A stretch of 64,000 bases of DNA from Stegostoma tigrinum (taxonomy: Eukaryota). Below are positions 22,478 to 36,364 of this stretch, in pieces. The notes beneath the pieces are model-generated. The model did not search any database. It was not told the origin of the DNA and saw only the letters and a program-made list of their open reading frames with translations. The stretch covers positions 992,001 to 1,056,000 of the forward strand of contig NC_081396.1 in assembly GCF_030684315.1 (NCBI RefSeq). Reading direction: 5' to 3'. Position 1 is the first letter of the stretch, and each line of letters opens with the position of its first letter. Made by a program: the position numbers and the translations under genes.

Positions 22478-25400
22478 GCCGTTGGAACATACATTGATTT
22501 TTCTTGAGCTTTTGCAGGGACTTGAGAAGTTCCAAATTGTTTTCAGGAACTTAGATGCCAATGGAAACCCAAACTAACATTGCATTAAACTGTCAGCCAA
22601 CTATTTCCCGCAGCTGATGAGTAAATAACCTGCAGATGTCGAGCACACACAGAGACAGAACAGATTCACATGGGAACTCATCCTTTCCAATCCCTACCAC
22701 CAACAATTTGGCATCCTATGAAGGGTAGATAGTGAGTTGAGAGACACCTCTCCTACTCTGAGTTTCACATCCTTATCACGTACACAAGTCAATGAGGAGG
22801 CTAGTTTACAAAGAGCGGTGTTTTTAGAATGGCTGAAGATGTTGATTTTATCGCATTGAGTGAATGTCCCATCAATCCTTTCGTCACCAATCTGATCCCA
22901 TAAAATTGTGTCTATGTGCTGCGAACAAAGATGGCACCCAGGTGTGTGTGTCTGTGTGTAAGAACGTTTTATTGTGCTTATTTGTTTTGACAGCTTCACT
23001 GTGTGTTTTGATATATTCTGCCTTGTATTTTTCTGACCGTCTTATTCTCTCTTGGAAAACAAGTTCACAAGATTAGAAACGTTCATGTGGCACCTTGTCT
23101 CAGGGATCTAATGCCAGCTCAGCAGCAGCCCGCTGTTGTTTTGTGCGATAATTTGTCTGGAGGGTTGTTAATGAATGAATTGATCACAAAATCTCACAGT
23201 CTCTTTCCTTGTTTCACTCCCTTCACTTCAATACGATGCAATGCATCTCTCTGTTGCTGGATGCACATTACTGCACAAGAAGGTCAAGGAAATCATGGGT
23301 CCAAAAAAAGGGAGGACAGCAGCATAGTGCAGTATTCAAACTAACAGGATCAGCAATCCTCACTGATAGACAGTGCACAGACTTTGCTACTCTCAACTCG
23401 TATCTCCAGCTGACATTCATAAATTCGCCGGTATATTCTCATGCTTCTGTTGTTCTTTGTGTTTGTTCACCCGTCTGCCATTCTGAACCGCCGTTTCCAC
23501 ATTCCCCCTGGCGGTTCCCTGGAGTAAGAATCTGTAGTTTGGCAAGTGGATATATTTGCTCAGCGTGAGTTTCTGGATTGGGAATGGTTTGTTCACAGTG
23601 GGCAGATCTGAAATGGAATGACGTTGATCCTTAAAGCAGATACAAAGTTAGATCCTCTTCAATGACGAGTTGTACTTCAGCTGTTTTCGAAATGCTGGAA
23701 AACTGGCTCAATTACTGGTTTTGTATCTGACATTTAACTACCAGACATTCATCTCCACTCCTGGACTCTAAAACGTGGATCTATTCCTATTTGAGCACTA
23801 TTAACAGAGTGCATAATTAGTTTGTGTTAATCCAGGGCTGAACATTTGCAAATAAGTTACTTGAGTAAAAATATTTTCTGTTTGTCATGATCAGCATAAT
23901 TCAAATTGTTTCAAAGTGAGCTGCATGAAGGGGTCTTTTGGAAGTGTGGTATGTTCCTAATTGTGCCAGGAAGCTCACACTCACATGCCACACACTCCAG
24001 ATGTATGCCTTGAAAAATTGACAGAGTGGAGCAGAAGGGTTGCTTCCCCCAACATCCAGCCCCGTGGAAGAGTCTAAGAGTCGAAGACAATATGAGAATA
24101 AACAGTTAGACATTTAAAATCAAGAGGACGTGACATTTATTCTCTCAGAGGGAAAATAATCGGTGGAATGATTTATTGAAGAGTCTTTGTGATAAATATG
24201 TTCAAGACTGGGTTAGAAATAGAGTGACTAATATAACCTGGTCTTGTATCCTCTGGAGGATGCAAGAGTCATACGTGTTAGAACTGAAGCAAAAGTTCCT
24301 GACAGAAATTCTCTGGAGAATTTGTAATCCATGTGCTGATCATGCCTGTTTTCTCTACAATGTTCCTCTTTGTAATCCGCACATTGCCCCCTCTGTAGTC
24401 TTCATAGTGGACAACTCTAAAATATCTAAACTGAGCTTGCTTTTTTTATATGTGTGTGTTGATGCTACTGTCAGATAGAATGCTGATGTCTGCTACTGTT
24501 CTCCTTCTGATTGATTCCCTGGCCATTTTTGCTGTGTGGTGGAAGCAACTTTATGCCACCAGCAGAGAGTGGCATTGTATCACTTGAAAACAATTTGAAA
24601 TGCAGTGCGGAAAGGCTTTGATCCTGTGAAAACACTGACAAACATCTCCGACTGCGCAGAGAGACGAGCAANNNNNNNNNNNNNNNNNNNNNNNNNNNNN
24701 NNNNNNNNNNNNNNNNNNNNNNNNNNNNNNNNNNNNNNNNNNNNNNNNNNNNNNNNNNNNNNNNNNNNNNNNNNNNNNNNNNNNNNNNNNNNNNNNNNNN
24801 NNNNNNNNNNNNTACTGTAAAATTATTCAGATATATTCTGTCATATGAGGCCTCTGTGTTCAGTGAGTCAGAAAACACCCACAGAGGAGAAGAAGAAAGG
24901 TGAGATTAAGCTCACTGATGGATGCTGGGAGAGAGGAACAGAGGGAAGGGTTAAAATCTTGAGCCCGAGAACAGAGAATCTGCAATAGAGGAACAGAATA
25001 AAGGAGTCTTTTGTATAAATCGTAATAGAGATAATGCTCTATAAAGCTGAGTTTGGTTCCATTTAACTGGAAAGTGGTATATGAGTGTCTACAATTTGAG
25101 AAGATGCAGTTTATAAGTCGAGTAGAATTAGGTGTATAGTTGAATTATTGGGGGTGACATCGGCTACAGATCCCACCACCTCGAAAATTGGTTAAGAAGA
25201 AAACTTGGGGTCAATTGGGAATTTGGCAAGTGAAAAATAATCAATCTTTAATGTAAATTGTACCGTTATTCGAGAGATTTCTTACCATGGATGGAAGTCA
25301 ATCATTCAGAGTTCTCGGTGTACCATTTTAAGTGCAGTGACTCTACGTAGCTGATTGGTTTCCATTCGCTTAGAGTCTGCTGTCTTGCATCCGTCCACAA

Positions 25401-25529
25401 TGCATCTTCACCCGCTCAAGGCAATGAGGTGGGAACATCCAGTGACACAGCAATATTTTACTGTGGGCGGGGTTATAGAATGCGTGTCTTCAAATGTCTG
25501 ATCGCCCTGGCATGCAGAGGACTGCAACA

Positions 25530-25978
25530 ATGCGGCGACTCTGCATCTTGGTTCTGTTGACAGCAACTCTAAGAGGTAACTGTGTACATTTCACAATTCT
25601 TTATCAAGTCACTGGTTGAACTGAATCCAGCCTGGCAGTTTCCAATTGATTTCTGTTTTCCCTTTCAGATATGAGTCATGGAGATTCTGTCACTCAGTCA
25701 CTCTCCTCAGATGCTCGGACAGAAGGGTACGGGGTTACTCTAAGCTGTACCTATGAAACTACAGCGAGGTACTATACACTATTCTGGTACCGGCAGAAGA
25801 CAGACACGCAGCCCGATTTTATTCTGTTGAAAGATAGTACTGGTTCTGGTTTTAAAGCAAATTTTGCACAAGATCGTTTCTCTATGAAACTTCAGACCTC
25901 AAAGAAATTCACAAGTTTGACTATAACAAGGCTACAGCTCACTGATGCTGCCGTGTACTACTGCGCTTTCTGGAACAA
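25530..25978 (+). CDS. TRAV/TRDV: TCR alpha/delta V gene, apparently functional (leader 25530-25575, V exon 25669-25978)
   Basis: Leader MRRLCILVLLTATLR/G. V exon DMSHGDSVTQ...TLSCTY...LFWYRQ...DAAVYYCAFWN is open. Confidence 0.95.
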
Positions 25979-26017
25979 CACAGTGACAACAACCAGTCTC
26001 TCCGTTGTACAAAAACT
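25979..26017 (+). promoter_or_regulatory. 23-RSS
   Basis: CACAGTG + 23 nt + ACAAAAACT. Confidence 0.96.
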
Positions 26018-26442
26018 TCCTTGAGCTACAGATGGAGTGTCTCTTGGAGATTGTGTAAATCCAGGGCTGTTACAATGCACTGTTAGAAATTTAAAGTCGT
26101 GCCGAGAGGAAACTAAATTAACCTCTTTTCAAACTGTCATCCAACCGTTTCCTGGAGCTGCTGAGAAAACAAATTAAAGACTCCGAGCCCTCATACAACA
26201 CAGAACAGAGTCATATTTGAAAATTACTTTCCAAATCAGCACTCGCAACAAGTTTCTGTCATCTGATCTGGAGATAGCGAGCTCGGACAGAGCTCTACCT
26301 CTACAAGATTCACATGTCACCCACACATGGCAGGGAGTATGAAGCATCCAAGAGACACGACAGCAGTTTATTCATGGTGGGCTTTCAGAGTGCTGAATTT
26401 GATTGTATTGAGGGAATTGTGTACATCATCGATGTCATCACA

Positions 26443-27108
26443 TAGAACTAATGTTGAGAGGGTGAAGAGCATCAAGACCCTTGGAGTGATGACAACCAAC
26501 AACTGTCCTGGACTTTCCATGGAAACGCGACAATGAAGAAAGAACAACAACAACTCTTCTTCATAATGTGGCTCAGGAAATTTGTCATGTCCATAAGGCC
26601 CCTTACCAATTTCTACAGGTGCAACATTGAAAGTAGACCATCCTGGTGCTTAAAGGCCTGGAATTGCAAATGCTTTGCACATGACATTAAGAAACAGCAG
26701 AAGGTGGTGTTCACAGCGCAGACCATCATGGTAGCCAAGTTTCCATCCATGGAATCCATTTATCTGGTCTCTGCTGCGCAAAAGCTGTCAACATCATCAA
26801 GGACTGATTGAAATCCGGTAATGATCATCTACAATGCCTTCCTACAGGCAGAAGATGAGCGGGTTCAGGAATAGCTTCTTCCCAGAAACTATCAGATGGA
26901 TAAATGAACTCTCTAGACTCAGCTCATGCTGTTCTTGCTCATCTGGCACTTGACTTGCGCACATCCTGTCAAATAAACTCTGTATGCCTCTGCCTACCTA
27001 TTTTTGATCTGTACACCATTTGCTTACAGATAATCTGTTTTTATGGCTCGTAAACAAAGCTTTTCACATTAGTTCAGTATGCATGATAATAAAATAAAAT
27101 AGTAATAA
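26443..27108 (+). mobile_element. Rex1/Babar-like LINE 3' fragment
   Basis: NVERVKSIKTLGV...KKEQQQLFF..LRKF.MSIRPLTNFYRCNIES...KKQQKVV with an A-rich tail; paralog of 15437-16125. Confidence 0.75.
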
Positions 27109-29429
27109 TGCATCTACTGCTGAGAGCACAACATAGCACCATGCTCTCTGTGTGAGCATGTATGTGTGATTTTGTGCATTTCTGAATTTGACTATGCATA
27201 TAGAAGTATGTTTGTGTGAATGTCAGTTACTGCACAAGAGCAAGGGCAAGCCAAGCAGAGGGAACACGAAACCATACAACATCATTCAAAATGACAGCAT
27301 CAACAAATCAGCGACATGGACAGTATGCAGTCTTTGCTAATCCTAGCTCATGTTTTCAAGCTGACATTTACAAATTCACTGGCGGTTTTGTATTGTTTCC
27401 TGTGTCCTTTGCTTCTCTTCGTTCAACCATGTGTCATTCTGAACAACCCCTTCCGCATCTCTCACATCAGTTTCCCGGTGTAACAAAGCATGGTCCTTAA
27501 AGCAAAGGATGGTCCTTAAATCAAACACAAAGTCAGATTCCCTTCAATGGTGGGTTGTGCTTCAGCCGTTACCGAAATGCTGGAAAACTTCCTTAATTTC
27601 TTAGTTTGTTCATTGCAATTAACAGACCAGTCATTCATCTCTACTCCTTAATTTCAAAGCGTAAGGAGACATGATTTGTGGTATTCGCATCGGAATACCG
27701 TCAGAATATAAGTGAGTGATGTGGAGGGTTATTTTGATGTTCTAGTGTCCCTAACTTTGATTCTGGGCGCACCCCTTCAATCTCAATGCTGTAAAGATAA
27801 GGGATGGAAACAGGATGGGGAACAAAGCATGTAGAAGCAATCTCAGAATAATGAGTAAGTCACCCAAGAAAGAGATGAGTATTTATTCTCTGAGAGGGAA
27901 AGAATCTTTTGTATAATTTACTGCAGAGTCTGGGTGCTAATTGTATAGAAGTGGAAAATAGGAGAGTAAAACTAGATATTTTTGGCTTCTATCTCGCGTG
28001 TACGAGACACAGCCGTCATTGAAATCAACATATAAGGTCCTGAGTGGCATTCATTAGCTGCCTCTGTACATCTGTCAATGTCACGATGAGGATGCATGTG
28101 TTCTCCACACTGACTCTCTTTCTAGTCGCCACACAGAACCTGATGCAAACTTCACAGTGGCCGACTTTAAACCCCGTTCTTTTCTTGCATGTGCGTGTGT
28201 TGATGCATCTGTGAGGTTAAATTCTACTGTTTGCTACTGATTTTCTGACTGATTCCGTTGTGATGTTTCACTTTGCACAAGTGAAGTAGCTTCACAGCAC
28301 CAGCAGAGGGTGACGCCTAATCACTCTAAACGCAAATTGAAGTGCAATTTAGACATTTTAAATAGCATCAAAGCTCAAAACAAATCTCACATTGGATGGA
28401 AAGACATGCGCAGATGTAAGGAGATGTAAGGAGATCTACTGATTTCATGGTAGAGTCCGCCCCTCAGGTTCCAATTGATTGCGGTTCTCGTGCCACCCAC
28501 TCTAGATGTGTCTAAAAAACATCTAAGAACACCTTCAGAAAGTGGAAGCAGTCGAGATTCTCACCAACGTCGATTCACACAATATTTTCACATTGAACAC
28601 GCACAGATATGCGCCTGGGTGAGTGCATGCACACGCGCTCATACACACACACATGCACACTTGCACACACACACATATATACACACACACACACACCCTC
28701 TGCTGGAAAGAGAGATAGGTAATGTCACAATCAAATGTACACTTAATTCTGTCCTGTGAGGACTCTTTGATTGGAGACTATGGAGTGGAACAAAAAAAAT
28801 GCAGAATGATTTTTAAAATCTTAGTTTAAAGAATGTGTTTCAGCTGCAATTTCTGTATAATAACTGGTGTTACTGAGTCCCTACTATTTTTGTATGTTTA
28901 AATTTAGTGTTGAATAAGTGGTCTCAGCTCTTTGGGATCAGTTCATGTGTCAATGCATGTGCATGTCCTCCACTTCCTTCATTGGTCTGTCATGCACTTT
29001 AAAGAGCAGAATCTTTGTCTATTTCGAAGTTCCTCTCCTGCCAACAGGACATGAAGATAGAGGTGCTTTTAACAGTGATTATGTTCATGCTCCTGATTGG
29101 AAATCAACTAGATGATTTATAGATCAGTTGCTGATGTGTAACTCTGAGGATCTACTGATTTTATGGTAGAGTCCGTCACTTGGGTTCCAATTGATTGCAG
29201 TTCTCGTGTCACCTACTCTAGATGTGTCTAAAAACATCTAAGAACACATTCTTTAGAAAATGGAAGCCGTCGAGATTCTCACCAATGTCGATTCACACAA
29301 TATTTCCACATTGAACAGGGTAGTTTCACATAATTCATTTTCAGTCAGTGACTGTTGCTCCTCTGTAAGATTGTTGATGTTCAGTTTGCAAAGCTGTCAG
29401 TCTAACTCCTGTCTGCCTGGAGTATCTAT

Positions 29430-29740
29430 TCTGGTTGCCCTTTGAAGTTTTTACATGGTGATAATCACCAGGCAGCGCTACATAACAATACCCTTCCTCC
29501 TGATGTCTCTGGTGATGAATGTGCTCCGTTTCTGTCCTGGTGAAGAATATCCCCAATTCTCCACACAGACCGAGGCTGCATTCAGAAGCTGTGGCTCCCC
29601 TCTGCCATGCCACCTGTACCACTTTGCAAAGCTAAGCATTGTCCTGGTACTGTAGGTCTTTGCCATCGAGGAGAATTCCACAGCTATTAGTGCCACAAGC
29701 GACTGTGTAATCAGTATTTTGGCCAGGAATTCAGTAACAT
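29430..29740 (-). pseudogene. Inverted TCR V pseudogene (family B)
   Basis: ILITQSLVALIAVEFSSMAKTYSTRTMLSFAKWYRWHGRGEPQLL...QKRSTFITRDIRRKG; paralog of the 4.9 and 17.2 kb copies. Confidence 0.75.
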
Positions 29741-30637
29741 TGAATTAAGCCCCCACAGGAGGAATGGCGATAGGAGGTAAGGGATCACACTTCCAGCTCC
29801 GTGGAAACACATTGAAATTGCTGTTGGGGAAACAGACCATTAATTTTGTTGGGCATACATATATATTCACACATTCTGTTTCTTCCCAATCTATGTTTGG
29901 TTCCGCCTGTTCTCTTCACAATCCAATTCTCTTCACAAGAGACATGAATGCTCTTCACAATATCCCAGCATGTTTCAGTCTCAGATTATGAATATTTACT
30001 TTGAGCAAATGTATGTGTAGAGAAATTAGTTCTCAGGAAGGGTCATTCAAGTCAAAACTTTATCTCTCATTTCGTTCCACAGATTCTGGCAGACCTGAGA
30101 AATTCCTGTTTTTGTTTCTCAGAGTGTTTATCTCTGTTTCCCGCCATTGAGTTCAATGTGATGCAGCTCTACCCTCTACTGATGGATGTCCTTTACTGCA
30201 CAAGGGAAAGGTGAAACTGATCATAGAGTCAGCCAGACAGAAAGCAGCACGGAATGCACCATTCAAACTGAAAACAGCATTAAGCCACACAAAGGAGAGT
30301 GTCGAGTCTTTTCTTATCTCAAGTTGTAAAACCAACTGAAATTCATAAATTCATTGTTTATATTTTAAAATGTCTTTTGTACTTTGCTTCTCTTTGCTAG
30401 GATGACTGTCATTCTGAAAGCCCTCTTCTACTAACCTATGTCAGTTGACCAGAATTATCGAGCTTTTGTTTTCAAGAAGGTATGTTTGCTCCGATTGACT
30501 TTCAGGATGAACTCTATCTTGTACACAATTGATACATCTCAGAATAGATTGATTCTCATACTTGAAAACAGAATCAAAGTTAGATTCTTCTCAAAGCCTC
30601 TTCAGCTGTCTTTCTATCTAATACTGGAAATCTTCAC

Positions 30638-30880
30638 AGATAGATAGATGGATCGATAGATCGTTAGATAGATAGGTAGGTAGATATACAGATAGCTAGA
30701 TAGACAGCCAGATAGATAAATAGGCAGATAAACAGATAGATAGGCAGATAGATTGATAGTCAGATAGGGAAATAGACAGGTAGATAAATAGAAAAACAGA
30801 CAGACAGATAGAAAGCTCAATTGATAGGGAGATAGATAAACAGACAGAAACATAGCTAGATGGAGGAATAGGCAGGCCGA
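30638..30880. repeat. Degenerate (GATA/GACA)n satellite
   Basis: Imperfect tetranucleotide array; similar arrays at ~45730-45900, 50370-50545 and 54475-54640. Confidence 0.9.
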
Positions 30881-32150
30881 TGGATGGAAAGTCACACGGA
30901 GATAATCAGGACACTAAGACTGAAAAAGAGAGTTAGTTTAATGAGTATGCTGATACAATGCCAATAATGTAACTCCTTGCATTACTGTATAATTGTCACA
31001 CTATCCCTTAAAAATGGCTCTTCAGTTGTCTTTCTACTTGGTCTCTATCTCCANNNNNNNNNNNNNNNNNNNNNNNNNNNNNNNNNNNNNNNNNNNNNNN
31101 NNNNNNNNNNNNNNNNNNNNNNNNNNNNNNNNNNNNNNNNNNNNNNNNNNNNNNNNNNNNNNNNNNNNNNNNNNNNNNNNNNNNNNNNNNNNNNNNNNNN
31201 NNCGATACTGCTGTCAGATTTGGTGGTGGCATCTGCTGCTGCTTTCCATTTGACTGATTTCCTGGTGATTTTACAATTCATTGTTACAGTCCCAGCAGGC
31301 CAGCACCTATAAGCCTCTCTCATGCTTTTTCTCTGCATCAGTGTCAGCTGACTCACATATATTAGTCTCCCCTGTTGGCATCTTTGGGGATACTCAGTGC
31401 TATCTGTACTCTGATCTGTTTGTGAGTCTCTGTCTTTGCACTGAATTTCAACTTCTTTCTCTCCTTCTTGTCCTTTGTCTCCCTGTTAGCGAACTCAGTT
31501 GCAATTCGATTGTAGACACCATAAATGAACACAACCCATCCCTGACACCATCAATAACGGCGTCTTTTTTCACAATTGATCGTATCTTCTTTTCACCTGC
31601 ATTTCCAAGTGGGTTACTGATGCCAATATTGTTCTCTGTTTAATTAATGTGGTGTGTAAGATGTCCCAGGTCTTTGCATGTCAATTACCGTGTGGATGGA
31701 AGTACAACAGTGACAATTCCTTCTCTTGTGTCTGCTGTGTACTATAAAGAGTAGATCCACTGTTTATTTCAATGTTGTACGCCTTTAAAAATGAAATGAA
31801 GATGGATGTGCGATTAACATGGATTACCCTGATTATCCTGAATGAAATCAATTGAAGTGAGTTACTCTTGAGATTCTTAGGGTCAGCTGATGTTCAAAGC
31901 CAATATCATACACTCTGAATCAAATGGGTCGGGTTTCTCGCTTCACCTGGCCTAGAAGAGTGTACAACAGCTTTGAACAGGCTCTTTAGTAAATAGATGC
32001 ACTCTTGATTCAGATTAAGATTCATGTAATTCGACCACATTGATCATGGGAGAGGCACATAATTCATTTTCCAATCAATTACTGCTGCTTCTCAGAAAAG
32101 TTCTTTTGATTGAGATGATGAGGCTGTTTGCCTAATTCCTGTTTCCCCAG

Positions 32151-32360
32151 CGTTTCTGTACTGGCTGCTCATTGGGTTGTGTCAAGGCAATGGTCATCAT
32201 TCAGAGGTAGACAGCGACACCCTTCCTCCCAATGTCACTGATGTCCAATTGCTGTGTTTGTGTTCTCACTGAAGGGTGCCCTGAAGCCTTCCTGGTCTGA
32301 CCACCTCGCCCAAACCCGTCGGCAGGAGCTCTGGCTGTCATTGGCCACACTGCATTGTAT
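32151..32360 (-). pseudogene. 3' fragment of inverted V pseudogene (family B)
   Basis: QPELL...LDISDIGRKGVAVYL plus a nonamer-like ACAGAAACG, homologous to 17051-17230. Confidence 0.6.
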
Positions 32361-33174
32361 TACAAACTGGTGAAAATGCCACAGAGGCTTTCACCTCTAA
32401 ATTCATTAAACCGCTGACAAATATCTCCCATTACACAAATAGAGGCATTCACAAACACAGAATGACAGATTTCAAGCACCCTGACCATGAACAGAGAAAA
32501 NNNNNNNNNNNNNNNNNNNNNNNNNNNNNNNNNNNNNNNNNNNNNNNNNNNNNNNNNNNNNNNNNNNNNNNNNNNNNNNNNNNNNNNNNNNNNNNNNNNN
32601 NNNNNNNNNNNNNNNNNNNNNNNNNNNNNNNNNNNNNNNNNNNNNNNNNNNNNNNNNNNNNNNATGTACCTAGTCTGTGATGTACACAACCATGCATCCT
32701 AATTCGTAAGCTAGTACCCGTTGTAACATGAGCACCAATCATTTGGATTGCATTTTCGATGTGAATACTGAGTATTTGCTGAAAATTATGATGATTCTGA
32801 TGCAAAGTTGGGATGTGGAATTGACTGGAAGTTTGACTCCTGTTCATTGTGGCCCAGAACCATTACACACCATGAGTAAATTCAAGTAACAGATTGGAAG
32901 CACTCGGGATGTGATCAGTTGGCTCCGGATTCAATGCTGCTCCTGGAATATATTTTTCAGTTAATCACACTCCCCTGTCCTCTCCACAGCACAGACTCAA
33001 GCACTTTGATACCCAAAACCTATCAATCTAACATTTGACAAATGAAAATTGAAAAGCCTCCATCGTCACATCAGGCAGTTCAGTTCACACCACTGTAAGT
33101 TGCTATTTGAATAAACTGTCTCAATGTCATCCCTGATTCCTTTGTAAGGTTTATGCATCACTGGATAGGTAGGG

Positions 33175-33480
33175 TAATCAAAACATTTGGGAAAAAAATG
33201 ACGGGATTAGACGTAATCAGCATCATTTTGTGGCAGGCAAATCATGTTTAACAAATCTACTGGAATGTTTTTAGGATTTAACAAGTAGAATTGAAAATTT
33301 TGAGTCAATGTATGTGTAATATTTGATTTTCTGGAAATGTTTTGAAAAATTCCTACGTAAGATGAAAAAGGGTTGCAGTCAACTTCAAGATTTTGGGGTC
33401 AGCATATTGGCGCAGATCAGGAGTTGATTGTCATCAAGGAAACTAGAGTCAGAAAAGGAATGAGTCTTTTTCTGCAAAAG
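33175..33480 (+). mobile_element. Old CR1 RT fragment
   Basis: AATCAGCATCATTTTGTGGCAGGCAAATCATGTTTAACAAATCTACTGGAA reads as a decayed QHGF..GKSCLTNLLE. Confidence 0.6.
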
Positions 33481-36364
33481 TTAAATGAAGTTCTGTGCAC
33501 TATTGGACACTTGTGGTACCTTTAATATATCTAGGTATAGCTGACTATAAGCAAGAAATGCATTGAAGTTGTTTGCTGGTTCGAGTCAGACTCCAATGTT
33601 TGTTTTTCTCTTCATGTGCTGCAAAACAGAACCAAATTGCTTTGGTGACTATGTATGTTTATAAACATAGGTTGATGAATATATTATATTTTTGAAATGA
33701 ATCGAATTTGGACAGTAACTCTCAATTCATTCTGTTCTCTAATGCTCACAATGAGATGCTGCTGCCGTGCAGCCCACCGGGGGTATTAAGAAACCTGTAT
33801 ATTTACACCAGGCACTCAAATGGTTGGAATCCAATATCTTATATGCTTAAAGCAGCCCCCTTTCTGCGAATTCGTACAACCCTGTGACAGTGAATCAGAG
33901 TCCAGATACCCGCCAAATAGCTTTACCAATGAGCAGCTGAAAGACAGTTGGACACAGTTAACACAGCCTCAGCAACCAATGTCTATCACTCTCCTCCTTG
34001 CTTTTTCTCAATGGTGTAAGTCGAATTGTTTTCTTTATTAACCCATTTTAATGGTTGTATTTAACATCACTCCTTTGTCAACCTCTTTTCCAAGGGTAGT
34101 TACAAGACAGAATCACTCCAGTTTAATGAATGTTACTTTATTTCACAGATCAATGACTGATCAATGATTCCCTTTCCACCACTATTGGAGTTTGTCTGGA
34201 AATTTACTTGGTTGCAATCTGAAAACATTGGTTTCTTTTGACCTTTGGTTGGAACTTGGTCGTGCAATCCAACTTTAAACAAATCACTGCATAAATGCAC
34301 ATGCCCACATACATACTTTCTCATTTGATTGACATCATGAGGTCTTAAGAGTATAAAACATAGAAGCAGAAATAGGCCACTTAGTCCATTGAAACATGAA
34401 ATCATAGCTCATCTGATAAGCATCAATTCTATTCCCCTGTGTTTTCATCACAGTCTTTGATTCTCGTAATTGAACACATTTTCAACCTCACCCTTGAACA
34501 TAATTGTGAATTCAATCCTCTGTTATAAAGATTTCCTCAGATGTATTTCCTTCTGTGAGAAGATGTTCCTCCTAATCTCTGCCTGAAATTTTGGCTCTTT
34601 CTTTTAAAATCATGTCCTCCTGTCGTAGACCCTTCTGCAGACGTAAACAACCTTTCTGTTTTAAGCTGCCCAGTATTCATTGCACGCCTGCAGAGCAGAT
34701 GGAATGGATATGCTGGCCATCTGACTCAAAGATGGGTATATTGACCACGAGGCCACAAGAACCCTGCACATGGATTGAATACGCACTGAAGAATTATTCT
34801 CGTTCTGATAAACATAAACATATTTGTTCAATCACTTCTTTGCATATTTGCAGCCATGCAATAGCATAATCTAATTCTGTGTTACATTAGTGTTGTTCCA
34901 TTGTGAGTAGTTACACAGTTTGCCATCCAGAATGGAGATGAATCTCAGGTCTGCTAAAAGTTGCAAACAAATCAAGAATTGAAGAACATTTTTCAGGAGT
35001 GAGGAGGTCAGCCTGAAGCAGAACCATCAGTGAGGAGAAACTGAATTGTCGTCAATTATAATGGTAAGAATCTTTGCATTGTGCGATCTTCTATGCTTGC
35101 GCTAACGTTCCCTGATTCACAAATTGATTCACAGCAAACACGGCCTCTCCACAAACTGCGGATTGTGATTCCCGGCAAGTGATACGGAAAATGGAGAACA
35201 TGCTGTGACAGGCATCGAAGCAAAGAGATACAAATGGCAAAAGAAACATTGAAACATCACCAGCACTTTTACGAATATTAACTGGAGATGTAGATCGCCA
35301 GCATCAAAGGCTGTACAGTTTGCCACCTGTTATGATCTGATGCCGCTTTCAGTTGAATATGCTGTGCGGCTGTCCTCCTTCTGAGTAAATACCTGATGAG
35401 TTTGAACATCGTCTTGTGCAGTCGAGTAGGTACACCAGCAGACGGCGACATCTTATAACATTCCACACATGGGGCAAATCAGGAAACAGACTCAAAAGTT
35501 TTCCGCTATTTCATCCCTCCAGATACCTTGTCTCCCAGAGGAACGACCAGTGGCTTCTGTACTCATGCCAGTCTCCCAAAACAACTTTCCAGCTGAATGA
35601 TTAAATTTTTTGAGCATGTTCCCAATGAAGTACTGAGACAGATGAGCAAAACACATCAGTGAAAAATACATGACAACAAATACATGATGACAAATGTGTA
35701 CATCTAAACATTCAGATCCACACACAAACACGCTGAATTATGCACTCAACCCAGGCTACACAGTTNNNNNNNNNNNNNNNNNNNNNNNNNNNNNNNNNNN
35801 NNNNNNNNNNNNNNNNNNNNNNNNNNNNNNNNNNNNNNNNNNNNNNNNNNNNNNNNNNNNNNNNNNNNNNNNNNNNNNNNNNNNNNNNNNNNNNNNNNNN
35901 NNNNNNNNNNNNNNNNNNNNNNNNNNNNNNNNNNNNNNNNNNNNNNNNNNNNNNNNNNNNNNNNNNNNGACACACACAAGCAGTGACTGATATTGCTAGA
36001 ACCAAAGAGCGAACCTGTGACTTTATTAATTAGCACTGTCCTGGGATGCCTCCCTATTCAGTGAGAGAGAAAAACACCCACACTCACAGGGGGGGCAGAG
36101 GTAAAGTGAGACTGAGATCAGTGAAAAATTTTGGGGTGGTGGATCAAAGAAAAGGAGAGCTATAATCTTCTGCCTGAGTTCACCAAAACCACAATAGATG
36201 TTCAGAAAAAAAAGGACTCTTGTTGAAATTGACATGGGGTGCTGTTGTATATGCTTGAGATCGAGTTCAGTGATGTGGGAGTTGGAGTTTGAGATATTGC
36301 ATTTTGTGAGTAGCATTCTGTGGGTCCACAATGATAACTTGTTGGTTCATGGGTGGTTTTATAA

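Noticed and set aside
23593-23635. Isolated CACAGTG heptamer
   Set aside because: No nonamer at 12 or 23 spacing and no adjacent coding end; not conserved as a heptamer in all paralogous blocks.
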